Of a stretch of 64,000 nt of DNA, positions 8,982 to 19,212 are shown one piece after another. The stretch comes from Bacteroidales bacterium (GTDB lineage: Bacteria > Bacteroidota > Bacteroidia > Bacteroidales > UBA932). Location: the NCBI GenBank assembly GCA_016293535.1, contig JAEDEB010000002.1, forward strand, positions 24,724 through 88,723, read 5' to 3'. The translations under genes were made by a program, and so were the position numbers. How positions within the stretch are numbered: the stretch's first letter is position 1; each line of letters begins with the position of its first letter. The notes beneath the pieces are model-generated. The model searched no databases and was not told where the DNA came from. It saw only the letters and a list, made by a program, of their open reading frames with translations.

Positions 8982-10978
8982 TCCCGAATCAGACTGTAGA
9001 CAGGATACTCGAGACTGCAAAGATCGAGGAAGTGATTGGCGACTTTGTCTCCCTCAAGAGACAGGGCGCCAGTTTTCTTGCCTGCTGTCCTTTCCACAAC
9101 GAGAAAACACCTTCCTTCAATGTCAATCCCGTAAGGGGGTTCTTCTACTGCTTCGGCTGCAAGAAGGGCGGAACGGCCGTCACCTTCCTGATGGAGCATG
9201 AGAAGATGAGTTTCACGGAGGCCATACGCTATCTCGCGAAGAAATACGGAATAGAGATAGAGGAACAGGAGGAGTCCCCGGAAATGATACTCTCCAGACA
9301 GAAAAGGGAGAGCCTGTACATAGTTTCGGAGTTCGCCCAGAAATGGTTCGCCGAGCAGCTTGAGGAGGGGGAAGGACGCGCGGTTGGCTGGAACTATTTC
9401 CGCCACAGGGGACTCCAGGAAGATACCATACGGAAATTCGGGCTCGGCTGGTGTCCCTCGGGAAAGCTGACTTTTCACGACGCCGCAATCGCAGCCGGAT
9501 ACAAGGAAGAATATCTTATTGAAAGCGGCCTCTGCGTAAAGACTGAGGACGGAAAGATTTATGACCGTTTCCACGAGCGCGTAATCTTCCCCATCCATTC
9601 GGTCAGCGGAAGGGTTTGCGGCTTCAGCGGAAGGACTCTCAAGGATTCCAAGAAAACCTCGAAGTACGTCAACTCCCCGAACACGCAGATATACGACAAG
9701 AGCCGGACCCTGTACGGGATGTGGTTCGCGAAGCAGGCAGTCACAAAGGAGGACTGCTGCATACTTGTGGAGGGCAATCTCGATATGATTTCTCTCCATC
9801 AGCTCGGGCTCACCAACGTGGTCGCCACCTGCGGAACCTCCCTCACCCGCGAGCAGATACTGGCAATCAAGAGGTTCTCCCGCAACGTGACCATAATGTA
9901 CGACGGCGACAGCGCCGGAATCCACGCAGCAATCCGCGGTATAGACCTGTTCCTCAAGGAGGACCTCAACGTGAAGGTCGTGCTGCTGCCTGAAGGGATG
10001 GACCCGGACGACTTCACCAAGAAGCATAGCCTCGAGGAGACCAAGGCATTCATAGCAGAGAACGCGCAGGATTTCATAGGCTTCAAGACCAAACTGCTGC
10101 TGGACGAATGCGGAACGGACCCTATGAAGAGAAGCGAGCTCATCAACGACATCGCTGATACGATAGCGCTTATGCCTGACCCCGTGAAACGGTCGGTGTA
10201 TGCGGATTCCTGCTCCGAACGCCTGGACATCAGCGTGGACATACTGAAAAACAGAATAGAGGAGACAGCGGAACGCAATGCACGGGATGACCGCAGGCGA
10301 GAGGAACTGAGACGTCGCGAACTCGAAAGGGCTGAAGCGGAAAAGGCCGATTCGAAAGGTGCCGGTCCTGACACTGCGGCGGGGAAACTGGAAACGGTCG
10401 TGATGGACGGCGCTGTCGGCAAGAAACTGGTACGCAAGGCTTCGATACTCGAGCCGGTGGAGAAGGACCTTCTCGCATTCCTGCTCAGAGACGGGCTTTC
10501 GACCATGAATTTCACCAAAGACAGCGAATATTATATGGAACCGCCGATGACCGTTGCCGAGTTCATAGACGGATCGCTTCATGATGACGGCTTGCAGCTT
10601 GAGGAGGGGGTAAGGCGCAGGACCTACGAAGCCTATTTCAAATACTATGATGAAGGCCTTGACCAGGATGAAATCATAAGGAAGATGACTGGGACGGACG
10701 ACAACGAGCTGGTGAACCTTGTTGTGGAACTGACTTCCTCCAGATATGAACTCAACGGTGAACAGCTCAGAAAAAACCTCACCAACCACTCCACCCTGCT
10801 GCTGAGGACAGTCCCGAAGGCCATACTGCTGTACCATGCCAAGAGGCTGGACAAACAACTGGAGGAATACAGGCAGAAACTGAATGAGCCCGGCGCAGAC
10901 ATACGGACGATAATGATGGAGATCACCCACCTCAACGAAATGCGGCGTGCGGTGAACAGGCGCATCGGAAGAATCTGA
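8978..10978 (+). CDS. dnaG: DNA primase
   Basis: 666 aa. CHC2 zinc finger ([11 protein letters not shown]...CFGCKKGG), TOPRIM motifs ([18 protein letters not shown]) and a C-terminal helicase-interaction region. Confidence 0.95.
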   Translation: MIPNQTVDRILETAKIEEVIGDFVSLKRQGASFLACCPFHNEKTPSFNVNPVRGFFYCFGCKKGGTAVTFLMEHEKMSFTEAIRYLAKKYGIEIEEQEESPEMILSRQKRESLYIVSEFAQKWFAEQLEEGEGRAVGWNYFRHRGLQEDTIRKFGLGWCPSGKLTFHDAAIAAGYKEEYLIESGLCVKTEDGKIYDRFHERVIFPIHSVSGRVCGFSGRTLKDSKKTSKYVNSPNTQIYDKSRTLYGMWFAKQAVTKEDCCILVEGNLDMISLHQLGLTNVVATCGTSLTREQILAIKRFSRNVTIMYDGDSAGIHAAIRGIDLFLKEDLNVKVVLLPEGMDPDDFTKKHSLEETKAFIAENAQDFIGFKTKLLLDECGTDPMKRSELINDIADTIALMPDPVKRSVYADSCSERLDISVDILKNRIEETAERNARDDRRREELRRRELERAEAEKADSKGAGPDTAAGKLETVVMDGAVGKKLVRKASILEPVEKDLLAFLLRDGLSTMNFTKDSEYYMEPPMTVAEFIDGSLHDDGLQLEEGVRRRTYEAYFKYYDEGLDQDEIIRKMTGTDDNELVNLVVELTSSRYELNGEQLRKNLTNHSTLLLRTVPKAILLYHAKRLDKQLEEYRQKLNEPGADIRTIMMEITHLNEMRRAVNRRIGRI

Positions 10979-11018
10979 CGGACAGGCGAAATTATGGAAT
11001 AATAGAACAGAGAAAGAT

Positions 11019-13211
11019 ATGGACAAGAAATTCAAGAGAACATTAGTCACCAGCGCGCTCCCTTATGCGAACGGGCCGGTACACATAGGTCACCTCGCGG
11101 GCGTTTACATTCCTGCCGACATATACGTCCGGTACCTGCGTATGCGGGGCGAAGACGTGCTCTTTATATGCGGTTCGGATGAACACGGAGTTCCTATTAC
11201 AATCAAGGCGCGCCAGCAGGGCGTCAGCCCTCAGGACATCGTGGATCGTTACCACAAGATAATCAAGGACTCGTTCACAGGTCTCGGAATCAATTTCGAC
11301 ATATATTCCCGCACCTCCAGCAAGGTCCACGAAAAGAACGCTTCCGATTTCTTCCGCAAGCTCTACGACGAAGGAAAGTTCGTCACGAAGGAGAGCGAGC
11401 AGTACTATGATCCCGAGGCGAAGACCTTCCTTGCCGACAGATACATAGTCGGAACCTGCCCGAAATGCGGTGCCGAGGGGGCATATGGCGACCAGTGCGA
11501 GAAGTGCGGCTCTACACTCAGCCCTGAGGAACTCATAAACCCGAAATCCAAACTCAGCGGGGCAGAACCCATAAAGAAGAAGACCTCACACTGGTACCTT
11601 CCTTTGAACGAATACGAGAGCTGGCTGTCGGAGTGGATACTCGAAGGTCACAAGGAGTGGAGGAGCAATGTGTACGGTCAGTGCAAGAGCTGGATAGACG
11701 GCGGACTCCAGCCGCGAGCCGTCAGCCGCGACCTCGACTGGGGCGTGCCGGTTCCGGTCGAAGGGGCGGAAGGAAAGGTGCTCTATGTATGGTTCGATGC
11801 ACCGATAGGATATATTTCCAACACCCGGGAGTTGCTTCCGCAGAGCTGGGAACAGTGGTGGAAGAGCGAAGATACCAAACTGGTCCATTTCATCGGAAAG
11901 GACAACATAGTATTCCACTGTATCGTATTCCCGTCAATGCTGAAGGCCTATGGGGACGGGTACATTCTTCCGGACAACGTGCCTTCGAACGAATTCCTCA
12001 ACCTCGAGGGAGACAAGATTTCCACCTCAAGAAACTGGGCGGTATGGGCGCACGAGTACCTGGAGCAGTTCCCGGGTAAGGAAGACGTGATACGTTACGT
12101 GCTGACGGCAAATGCACCCGAGACCAAGGACAACGATTTCAGCTGGAAGGATTTCCAGGCTCGCAACAACAGCGAACTGGTCGCTGTCTTCGGCAATTTC
12201 GTCAACAGGGCCGTCGTGCTGACACACAAATATTTCGGGGGCAAGGTACCAGCCCGCGGCACACTTCAGGACATTGACCGCGAGACACTTGCCCAGATTC
12301 CGCAGATCAGGGCCAGCCTTGAGAAGAATCTGGATGGCTACCATTTCCGTGAGGCTCTCAAGGATGCGATGAACATCGCGCGCGTGGGTAACAAGTACAT
12401 CTCCGATGCTGAGCCTTGGAAGGTTGCGAAGACAGATATGGAGCGCACGGCAACCATACTGAATGTGTGTCTGCAGATTTGCGCAGACCTGGCCATTGCT
12501 TTCGAGCCTTTCACTCCTTTTGCTGCGGAGAAACTCCGCAAGATGCTTGATGTGACTCTCTTCGCCGGATATGACCATCGCAAGGGGGAGCAGGAAACCG
12601 TCAACACCTACAGGGACGGCGAAGCTGCCGCACTCCACACTCTTCCGTTCGGCGGGACTGCTGTCTGCGAAGGCGCCTGCGAGGGCGGAGTCCGCTTGGA
12701 ATGGAATCTTCTGGGTGAAGAAAGCATACTTCCTGAAGCTCACCAGCTTGGAGCCGCCGAACTCCTTTTTGCAAAGATCGAGGACGACGCCATCCAGGCA
12801 CAGCTTGACCGTCTCGACGCAATCAGGGCGGAAAGGGAAGCTGCAGCAAAGGAGGAGGCTGCAAAACAGGTCGAGCCACAGAAGGCTGAAATCAGTTTCG
12901 AGGAGTTCGAAAAGATGGATATAAGGACAGCCACCGTTCTGGAAGCTGTCAAGGTTCCTAAGACCGACAAACTGCTTCAACTTACCATAGACACAGGTAT
13001 TGACAGGAGAACCATAGTCTCCGGAATCGCCGAATACTATACAGCTGAGGAGATGGTTGGCAAGCAGATTTGCATACTGGCCAACCTCGCGCCGAGAAAA
13101 ATCCGTGGAATCGAAAGCAAGGGAATGATTCTGATGGCGCGACAGGGCGACGGCAAGATGCGCTTCATCACGCCTCAGGAAATTCTGGCTAACGGCGCCT
13201 GCATAGGCTGA
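11019..13211 (+). CDS. metG: Methionine--tRNA ligase
   Basis: 730 aa. HIGH motif (PVHIGHL), zinc knuckles (CPKCG...CEKCG), KMSKS variant (KISTSRN) and a C-terminal Trbp111/EMAP-like tRNA-binding domain ([23 protein letters not shown]). Confidence 0.95.
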   Translation: MDKKFKRTLVTSALPYANGPVHIGHLAGVYIPADIYVRYLRMRGEDVLFICGSDEHGVPITIKARQQGVSPQDIVDRYHKIIKDSFTGLGINFDIYSRTSSKVHEKNASDFFRKLYDEGKFVTKESEQYYDPEAKTFLADRYIVGTCPKCGAEGAYGDQCEKCGSTLSPEELINPKSKLSGAEPIKKKTSHWYLPLNEYESWLSEWILEGHKEWRSNVYGQCKSWIDGGLQPRAVSRDLDWGVPVPVEGAEGKVLYVWFDAPIGYISNTRELLPQSWEQWWKSEDTKLVHFIGKDNIVFHCIVFPSMLKAYGDGYILPDNVPSNEFLNLEGDKISTSRNWAVWAHEYLEQFPGKEDVIRYVLTANAPETKDNDFSWKDFQARNNSELVAVFGNFVNRAVVLTHKYFGGKVPARGTLQDIDRETLAQIPQIRASLEKNLDGYHFREALKDAMNIARVGNKYISDAEPWKVAKTDMERTATILNVCLQICADLAIAFEPFTPFAAEKLRKMLDVTLFAGYDHRKGEQETVNTYRDGEAAALHTLPFGGTAVCEGACEGGVRLEWNLLGEESILPEAHQLGAAELLFAKIEDDAIQAQLDRLDAIRAEREAAAKEEAAKQVEPQKAEISFEEFEKMDIRTATVLEAVKVPKTDKLLQLTIDTGIDRRTIVSGIAEYYTAEEMVGKQICILANLAPRKIRGIESKGMILMARQGDGKMRFITPQEILANGACIG

Positions 13212-13223
13212 CGCAGACCGTAC

Positions 13224-13838
13224 ATGAAAAGATTTGTGCTTACATGCCTTTGCGTCCTGCTGGTTTCAGGCTACGCGACGGCAACGGAGAAGGAGAAGGT
13301 TCTCAACGGTTTTGACGGCGGAATGATGGTACATTCGGGCTTCCTGAAAGGCAGCATTCCTCAGGTGGGCATAGAGACTTCAGGAGCTCCGATCGGAATT
13401 GGAGGGGTTTTGCGACTTCACCTTGGGAAGCATTGGAGACTGGGAAGCGAAGGATATGTGTCCACGCTCCCTCAACTTCACAACGGCAGCTATATAAAAT
13501 ACGGATGGGGCGGATTGCTCGGGGATTTCTATCTGACAGCAGGACGTTTCATGCCGTTTGCCGGGCTCACCCTGGGAGGAGGAGCGCAGACCTCCTTTCT
13601 GATGAAGGAAGAGCCCGCAGAGGAGTGGGGACCGGTAGGGGAAACGTATTTCAACAAGAAAGGGTTTATGGCCATTGACCCATTCGTAGGATGCGAGTTC
13701 ATTCTTACCGGAGCCTTGCACCTCACACTCAAGGCCGACTGGCTGCTTGCCCTGGGCAAATCATCTTCCTCCGGCACAATGTCTCTGCTCAGGCCGACCG
13801 GTCCCAGAATCTATTTCGGTTTCATATTCAATCACTGA
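13224..13838 (+). CDS. Small outer-membrane beta-barrel-like protein (hypothetical)
   Basis: 204 aa with a signal peptide and alternating Gly/aromatic-rich strands. Confidence 0.5.
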   Translation: MKRFVLTCLCVLLVSGYATATEKEKVLNGFDGGMMVHSGFLKGSIPQVGIETSGAPIGIGGVLRLHLGKHWRLGSEGYVSTLPQLHNGSYIKYGWGGLLGDFYLTAGRFMPFAGLTLGGGAQTSFLMKEEPAEEWGPVGETYFNKKGFMAIDPFVGCEFILTGALHLTLKADWLLALGKSSSSGTMSLLRPTGPRIYFGFIFNH

Positions 13839-13858
13839 CACTAGACAATAATTATTCA

Positions 13859-13866
13859 TAACTTTG
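13859..13866 (+). promoter_or_regulatory. Candidate -7 promoter box TAACTTTG
   Basis: Matches TAnnTTTG about 30 nt upstream of the ATG at 13896. Confidence 0.4.
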
Positions 13867-13895
13867 GCATTGTCAAGACACAATGTCAAAGGGAT

Positions 13896-14519
13896 ATGAA
13901 ACGCATTATTGTCATTCTCATTGTCTCTACCATAATGTCAGCCGTCCCGGCAGCAGCGGCGGACAGAGAGAAGACCCTCATGAAACCCGGGCGTCCGGCA
14001 AATGAAATCAGCATCAGTTACGGCGGGCTCTCGTTGCCGCACATGGCAAACATTTTCGGCGGGATACTCGGGACGGGACTCAGCGGAGGATACTCCAAAC
14101 TTGACAAGGCATCTACCGTCGGAGCGATATGCCTCGAATACCAGCGGCATCTCGGACGTCACATCGCAGTTGGAGGATGCATAGTGGAGGAGACGGTAAT
14201 GCTTACCTTCGACAAGAAGACCGGCGAGACCGAAAGTGGGGAACCCATATATGAGGAGGGCGACCGTCAGTGCAACACCTTCCTGACCCTGATGCCGTCA
14301 GTAAAGATTCCGTGGTTCTATCGGGAACATGTCAGCATGTACTCGGGATTAGCGCTCGGAGCGTGGTACAACCCCAACGGAGGAAGCAGCAAGTTTGGCT
14401 TCGCCGGCCACGTGAGCGCCGTGGGCGTTGACGCCGGCAACAGCGCAGTGCGCGCCTTCGCGGAAATCGGTTTCGGTTTCAAGGGGCTCGCCCTCATCGG
14501 CATCAGGTTCAGTTTCTAA
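13896..14519 (+). CDS. Small outer-membrane beta-barrel-like protein (hypothetical)
   Basis: 207 aa with a signal peptide (…PAAAADRE) and Gly/aromatic-rich strands. The C-terminal residue is Phe (…IGIRFSF), as is usual for OMPs. Confidence 0.5.
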   Translation: MKRIIVILIVSTIMSAVPAAAADREKTLMKPGRPANEISISYGGLSLPHMANIFGGILGTGLSGGYSKLDKASTVGAICLEYQRHLGRHIAVGGCIVEETVMLTFDKKTGETESGEPIYEEGDRQCNTFLTLMPSVKIPWFYREHVSMYSGLALGAWYNPNGGSSKFGFAGHVSAVGVDAGNSAVRAFAEIGFGFKGLALIGIRFSF

Positions 14520-16519
14520 AACTGACCGTCATCCTGCGAATTCAGTCCATACCTTCTGATAAGCACTGAAATCTCCGGATCCTTGTTGCCGCGGAATACC
14601 TTGCTGTGGTCTTCCCTGCAGGCATCAAGATAGCACTGAACGGCCTTCTGGTCGTCTCCCAGGCGAGAATATGCTATGGCAAGCAGATAGTTCACGTCGG
14701 CATTCGGCTCAAGCGACGAAAGAACGGCCTGTGCACTGATGTTCCTGTCCAGCGCAAGGTAGGCCACCGCCGTGTTGTAGTCGGCATAAGGAGCGAGTAT
14801 GGACGCAGCCTTTTCGTAATCCCTGTCCTGTATTGCACGAACGCCTGTTGCATAGAGGGTGTCTATCTCCTCTGTATCCACAAACTCCCGCTTGCGAGCC
14901 GTTGACTTGAGATGGAAACTGAAAGTCACATTCCTGAGCTTGGGATAAAGCCTGTCCTTTACATACCTGAAGGATTTCATCTCCGCTGCCATCCTGCGTT
15001 CACGCTGATCGGGATCAGGTGCGGATGAACACGAAAAATAGATTTCCCGCTCAGCCGCGGAAATGGTCGAATCCCTCGAGACGAGTTCGTCAAGCAGGCC
15101 CCAGTTCTCGGAAAGGGAACGGGACAGAACAATCATACGGCGCGGAGCCTGATGCTTGCTTATGCTCCCCTGCTCATCGACGGAGAAACCGCCGGCCCTG
15201 ACGAGGGAATCGGAAAGCTCGCGTGCCATCCTGTCGACATGGCGCCTTAGGTTCTCCGCACGCAGACGGGAGACCTTTGTGTTGATTGCGTATGAACCGT
15301 CGGGCGACGCCGAAGAAGTGACAACCAGCGAATCAAGGGTAAAACTTCCGTTCGAAAGAACATCGGTTACATAGCCGCGCACCTTTGCGAGTTCCTCTGC
15401 ATTCCTGCCCATCGAAAGGTCCAGTTCAGCCTTTCCCGCGGCGAAGACTATGTTGCAATTCGCATTGACCCCTACCTGTCTTTCGACCATCCTCCGGACG
15501 AAACGCTTGGAATTGAGGCTTTCCTCATCGATAAGGTCGCTGACTGAACTGATTATGAACTCGATTTTCTTGGACTGAGGTGTTTCATATATCATCTTTC
15601 CCTGCTCATACACCTCACCGGTCAGGGCTACATAGGCTTTCTTGAGCTTAGGACGAGCATTTATGGTCTGGACATAATTGTACTCGAAATCTCCGTCGGA
15701 GCTGACTATGACCGTATCCAGCCGTATACCCTCCGTAACGATAGGAGCTTTCACGTATTTGGCGTACATCTTCTGCATCCTCGCCTTGCGGCGCTCGTTC
15801 CTCGCTTTGGCGGCGCGGTTGGTATAATGCTCCAGCGCATCGCGTGCAGTAACCCCGTAGGCGGAGGCGAACTTCTCGTCCGATACCTCGGTGGAGTCTG
15901 TCTTGAACGCGTAGATTTCAGGAATATAACGGCGCAGGAAGATTTCCAGCTGATCGACGTTCACGAACTTCGTCGTATCCGAGATTATGCTGTCCACGAA
16001 CTTCTCGTAATGCTGGTAACCCTTGAGCTGAGCCTTGCGGTACTCCTTTCCAGTGATAATGACCGGGTCCAGGCGAATGGAATCCTCGAGTACATACAGA
16101 TCCGGGCAGAAGCGCACCTGCCATTTGCTGTCCTGCATCTTCGCCGGAACCACCACCTTGAATTCAAGGTCCACCTTTCCGTGGCGTTCTGCTACATTCT
16201 TGAAGGTAGCGGTCACATACGAGGCCTGCAGCACGTCGTGCACGGATTCCAGTCCATTCTCGTCTTTTTCATTGCGCATCAGGTACATGACCGAACCGTC
16301 CTCATCCACATAGCGTATGGAGTCGGGCTTCGGGAGTTCGAAGGACGCCGTATCCACGACCGTGATTTCCCTGTCGGTGAGAAGAACATTGATGCCCATT
16401 TCGTTCTCGGTTATATAGCTGAGTTTCCGCTGGGTGGAGCAGGAAAAAAGAGCGGGAACAAGAAATGCGGCCACGGCTGCTGCGAAGAATATTTTCTTTT
16501 TTGGGGAAATCGTGTTCAT
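14516..16519 (-). CDS. Lipoprotein with DUF3868-like N-region, OmpA-like peptidoglycan-binding motif and C-terminal TPR
   Basis: 667 aa with lipobox LFSC followed by a non-acidic STQRK. DUF3868-like stretch (KVDLEFKVVVP...WQVRFCPDLYVLEDSIRLDPVIITGKEYR). OmpA-like signature (IVFAAGKAELD...SSASPDGSYAINTKVSRLRAENLRRHV). TPR-like tail. This is the last gene of the coiled-coil operon. Confidence 0.65.
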   Translation of the reverse strand: MNTISPKKKIFFAAAVAAFLVPALFSCSTQRKLSYITENEMGINVLLTDREITVVDTASFELPKPDSIRYVDEDGSVMYLMRNEKDENGLESVHDVLQASYVTATFKNVAERHGKVDLEFKVVVPAKMQDSKWQVRFCPDLYVLEDSIRLDPVIITGKEYRKAQLKGYQHYEKFVDSIISDTTKFVNVDQLEIFLRRYIPEIYAFKTDSTEVSDEKFASAYGVTARDALEHYTNRAAKARNERRKARMQKMYAKYVKAPIVTEGIRLDTVIVSSDGDFEYNYVQTINARPKLKKAYVALTGEVYEQGKMIYETPQSKKIEFIISSVSDLIDEESLNSKRFVRRMVERQVGVNANCNIVFAAGKAELDLSMGRNAEELAKVRGYVTDVLSNGSFTLDSLVVTSSASPDGSYAINTKVSRLRAENLRRHVDRMARELSDSLVRAGGFSVDEQGSISKHQAPRRMIVLSRSLSENWGLLDELVSRDSTISAAEREIYFSCSSAPDPDQRERRMAAEMKSFRYVKDRLYPKLRNVTFSFHLKSTARKREFVDTEEIDTLYATGVRAIQDRDYEKAASILAPYADYNTAVAYLALDRNISAQAVLSSLEPNADVNYLLAIAYSRLGDDQKAVQCYLDACREDHSKVFRGNKDPEISVLIRRYGLNSQDDGQF

Positions 16520-16531
16520 CGGTTCAGAAAA

Positions 16532-17182
16532 TCAGAACAGAAAATGAAAGGAGAGTGATATGTCGTCAAGGGTTCCGAACCAGCGCGGGCCCTGCTCCCT
16601 TATATCCATGCATTCAGGACATCCATAAAGGGTATATTTCAGGTAGCGGCCGCCCCATGCGCCCATACCCAGTTCCAGATTGCAGTAACTGCTGAGCATG
16701 AAGGTATATCCGAGCGACAATCCCGCACCCACGCCCTGACCTGTCTCCAGGGCAGGACGCCAAATCCCCGTAGTGGAGATTCCGCTGTACTGAGCCTTGA
16801 GTCCCAGCCAGAATCCGGAATATACATACCACGGCCAATAGCGGAACCCAAGCCAGCCGGTCTGCTGCTGATTCCATATCGGAGTCTTTTTCGTCTTGAA
16901 CTTCCAAGAGTTATACCTTCCGCCCAATTCGAGGGAGAAGTGGCGGCCTACGGCCACACCGAGGGCGAGGTTGGGCGTCCCGAAGTTGAGCCACTGCAGG
17001 GCATTCGTACCTATGGACCATCTCTTCATCTCCTTGCTCCTCACAACGTTCTCTGAAGCGGCGTCATCCTTCTTTGCGGAAGCTTCGGCACCGATGAAAA
17101 CATCAGCGGCAAAGACAGTGGTCGGAACGGAGAGCAACAGGACCGATGCGGCTATGCAATTAACAAAAAGAACTTTCATCAT
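16532..17182 (-). CDS. DUF3575-like outer-membrane beta-barrel protein
   Basis: 216 aa with a cleavable signal peptide (…TTVFAADV). Carries the motif WSIGTNALQWLNFGTPNLALGVAVGRHFSLELGGRYNSWKF, which I recognise as DUF3575-type, and ends in Phe. Its start overlaps the upstream stop by 4 nt. Confidence 0.65.
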   Translation of the reverse strand: MMKVLFVNCIAASVLLLSVPTTVFAADVFIGAEASAKKDDAASENVVRSKEMKRWSIGTNALQWLNFGTPNLALGVAVGRHFSLELGGRYNSWKFKTKKTPIWNQQQTGWLGFRYWPWYVYSGFWLGLKAQYSGISTTGIWRPALETGQGVGAGLSLGYTFMLSSYCNLELGMGAWGGRYLKYTLYGCPECMDIREQGPRWFGTLDDISLSFHFLF

Positions 17183-19212
17183 TCTGTAGTAGTTATCATC
17201 ATTGTTGCAGGGATATAGTCACTCTGTCTGTCGTTGTTGCCGTCTGAAATTCTCAAAGCCAGCCACAAATCTCCCGCCTTGAAAGAATCCGGGAGAGGTA
17301 CAATCTGCAGTGATATGCTCAGCACATCCCCCTCGGCAGTTGCAGTGAGAGATCCCGCAGAGGACTCTCCTTCTGAAGTCAAGACAAGCACCGACAGGGA
17401 AGAAGGGACTTTTGCAAGGGCATCTGCAGTTCCCGAAGGCAGTATCAGGAAGGACAATTCCGCGGAAGCATTTCCCACAGTGTCGCACATCACCGCCACT
17501 GAATCCCCCACATCCGGCAGCCAGTTCACCGACTGTATCCTGGAAAGAAGCTTGCTTATGTCCTTGCTCATGTCCTTGCTCATGCCCGAAAGTGCGGAGT
17601 ACAACTTCTTCAGATCGGAGACTGAAGACTTGAGAGCATTGACCGCAGTCTGAAGTTTGCGGCTGTCCCTCGACCAGGAACGGTAAAGGTCAGCCTCCTT
17701 CGCATTGAGCGAATCCAGCTGTACTGCCACGCTGTCCGCTATGCGTCCCTCCATCTCCTTGGTCGCCGACAATATGGCCGCCTCATATTTAGTCTTCATA
17801 AGTTCCTCAAGATCGGCCAGTTCGGTCTTGTACAACTCTATCCTCTCCTCATTTGCCTTGATTGCGCGCCAGCAGGAATCGAGCAGCTCGACATTACGCC
17901 CGATCAGAACGGCATTCTTCCTTATCGCCGCAGCATTCTCGGACACCTCTGCCGCCTGCTCCAGCAGAGTTGTTCCGAAAGAATCGAACTGATCATATGC
18001 ACCATTCATTTTCTCAATGGCATTCTGTATCCTCCCTATGTTAACGGAATTCGTGTCCATGTGTTCCTTCAGGGCGGCAATTGTATCCTTCTGACGCAGG
18101 ATTTCAGCGGCATTGTCGGCGATGGCGACGGCAGCAGCTGATATCTTGTCCGCATTGGAGCCGAAGTCCCTGAGCAGCGCGGCATTCTGCTCCTGAAGGC
18201 CTGCAATTCTCGCCGTCTCGGACCTGTATCCCGCCACAAGATCAGCGTATTTCTGTACCTTGCCCCGTATCTCCTTTTCAAGCGAGGTGGTAAGCGATAA
18301 TATGTACTCCTCGTTGTTCTCAAGCTCACTTTCCATCTCCGCGGCAAGGGAACGTATGCAGGAATCAAGTTTCGCCTTGGTGTAATAACCGTCGAGCAAT
18401 GTGTTGACCCAAGCCTTCATACTGTCCTCATATTTGAGGATTCCATCCTTGAAATATGCCTCATAGGCAGTCTTGAGCTCAGCCTCGGCAGCCTCCACGG
18501 TAGGGACTATGCCCGCAGCTATATCGGCCACCTCTGCTTTCATTTCATTGCCGAGATTCTCTATCGATGCGGGAATATCCTCATTGAAGGCTTTGTCTAT
18601 GGCTGCTGACAGCTTTTCCATATCCGAATCCGCCTTGTCTATTGCCGTTCTTGCGGCAGTCACGTCAGCACAGAGGGCGTTGTATTGAGCGAGGGTGGCA
18701 AAACTCGCAGAAGCCCAGGATCTCAGGTCGGAAACTTCCGAATCCGCATACCGCCTGAGTTCATCTATCCTGCTCCCGAGATTGGTGTCCGCGTTCTGAA
18801 GCTCCTTGACAGCGTTCTTGAGGGCGGAGAGTTTCGAAGACATCTCCCTGCGGTATGCAGAAATCTCCAGAGACAGGGTTCCGGACGAGACGGTGAGATC
18901 GGAATAAGCCTTTTTCTCCACCTCTGAAAGCCTGTCCTCGGACTTTTCTATCTCTTCTTCAAGAACGGCGGCCTTCTCTTCAAGGGATGAGAGATAGGTC
19001 TGCAGCGAACTTTCGAGTTCCTCAAGGTCCGGGATGGTCTCCCTTATGCGGTCAAGCTGCTGCTGTATCGTATTGATTGCCTGCTTGCCCTCCCTGTCTA
19101 TCTTGATATGGGTATCGAAGAGATTCTCGCGGAAATCACATCCGCAGAGCATCAGGAGTGCCGTTGCCGCAAGTATAGTGGACTTTTTTAACATGCCTGA
19201 AAACAATTTCAT
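17179..19212 (-). CDS. Coiled-coil surface lipoprotein, paralogue 3 (677 aa)
   Basis: Lipobox LCGC followed by DFRENLFD. About 520 aa are Pro/Gly-poor, charged, heptad-like sequence. The C-terminal ~120-aa domain starts at LLSRIQSVNWLP and contains ILPSGTADALA and RISDGNN. Paralogous to the two upstream genes. Confidence 0.75.
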   Translation of the reverse strand: MKLFSGMLKKSTILAATALLMLCGCDFRENLFDTHIKIDREGKQAINTIQQQLDRIRETIPDLEELESSLQTYLSSLEEKAAVLEEEIEKSEDRLSEVEKKAYSDLTVSSGTLSLEISAYRREMSSKLSALKNAVKELQNADTNLGSRIDELRRYADSEVSDLRSWASASFATLAQYNALCADVTAARTAIDKADSDMEKLSAAIDKAFNEDIPASIENLGNEMKAEVADIAAGIVPTVEAAEAELKTAYEAYFKDGILKYEDSMKAWVNTLLDGYYTKAKLDSCIRSLAAEMESELENNEEYILSLTTSLEKEIRGKVQKYADLVAGYRSETARIAGLQEQNAALLRDFGSNADKISAAAVAIADNAAEILRQKDTIAALKEHMDTNSVNIGRIQNAIEKMNGAYDQFDSFGTTLLEQAAEVSENAAAIRKNAVLIGRNVELLDSCWRAIKANEERIELYKTELADLEELMKTKYEAAILSATKEMEGRIADSVAVQLDSLNAKEADLYRSWSRDSRKLQTAVNALKSSVSDLKKLYSALSGMSKDMSKDISKLLSRIQSVNWLPDVGDSVAVMCDTVGNASAELSFLILPSGTADALAKVPSSLSVLVLTSEGESSAGSLTATAEGDVLSISLQIVPLPDSFKAGDLWLALRISDGNNDRQSDYIPATMMITTTE

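Noticed and set aside
8852-11050. 732-aa minus-strand ORF covering the whole of dnaG
   Set aside because: It is antisense to a clearly conserved gene. Its translation is low-complexity with no recognisable motifs, and it looks like a stop-codon-poor shadow frame in a GC-rich, codon-biased genome.
14516-14519. Convergent genes whose stop codons overlap by 4 nt, leaving no room for terminators
   Set aside because: The overlap is real, but this is common in compact genomes and I cannot attach a functional meaning from sequence alone.
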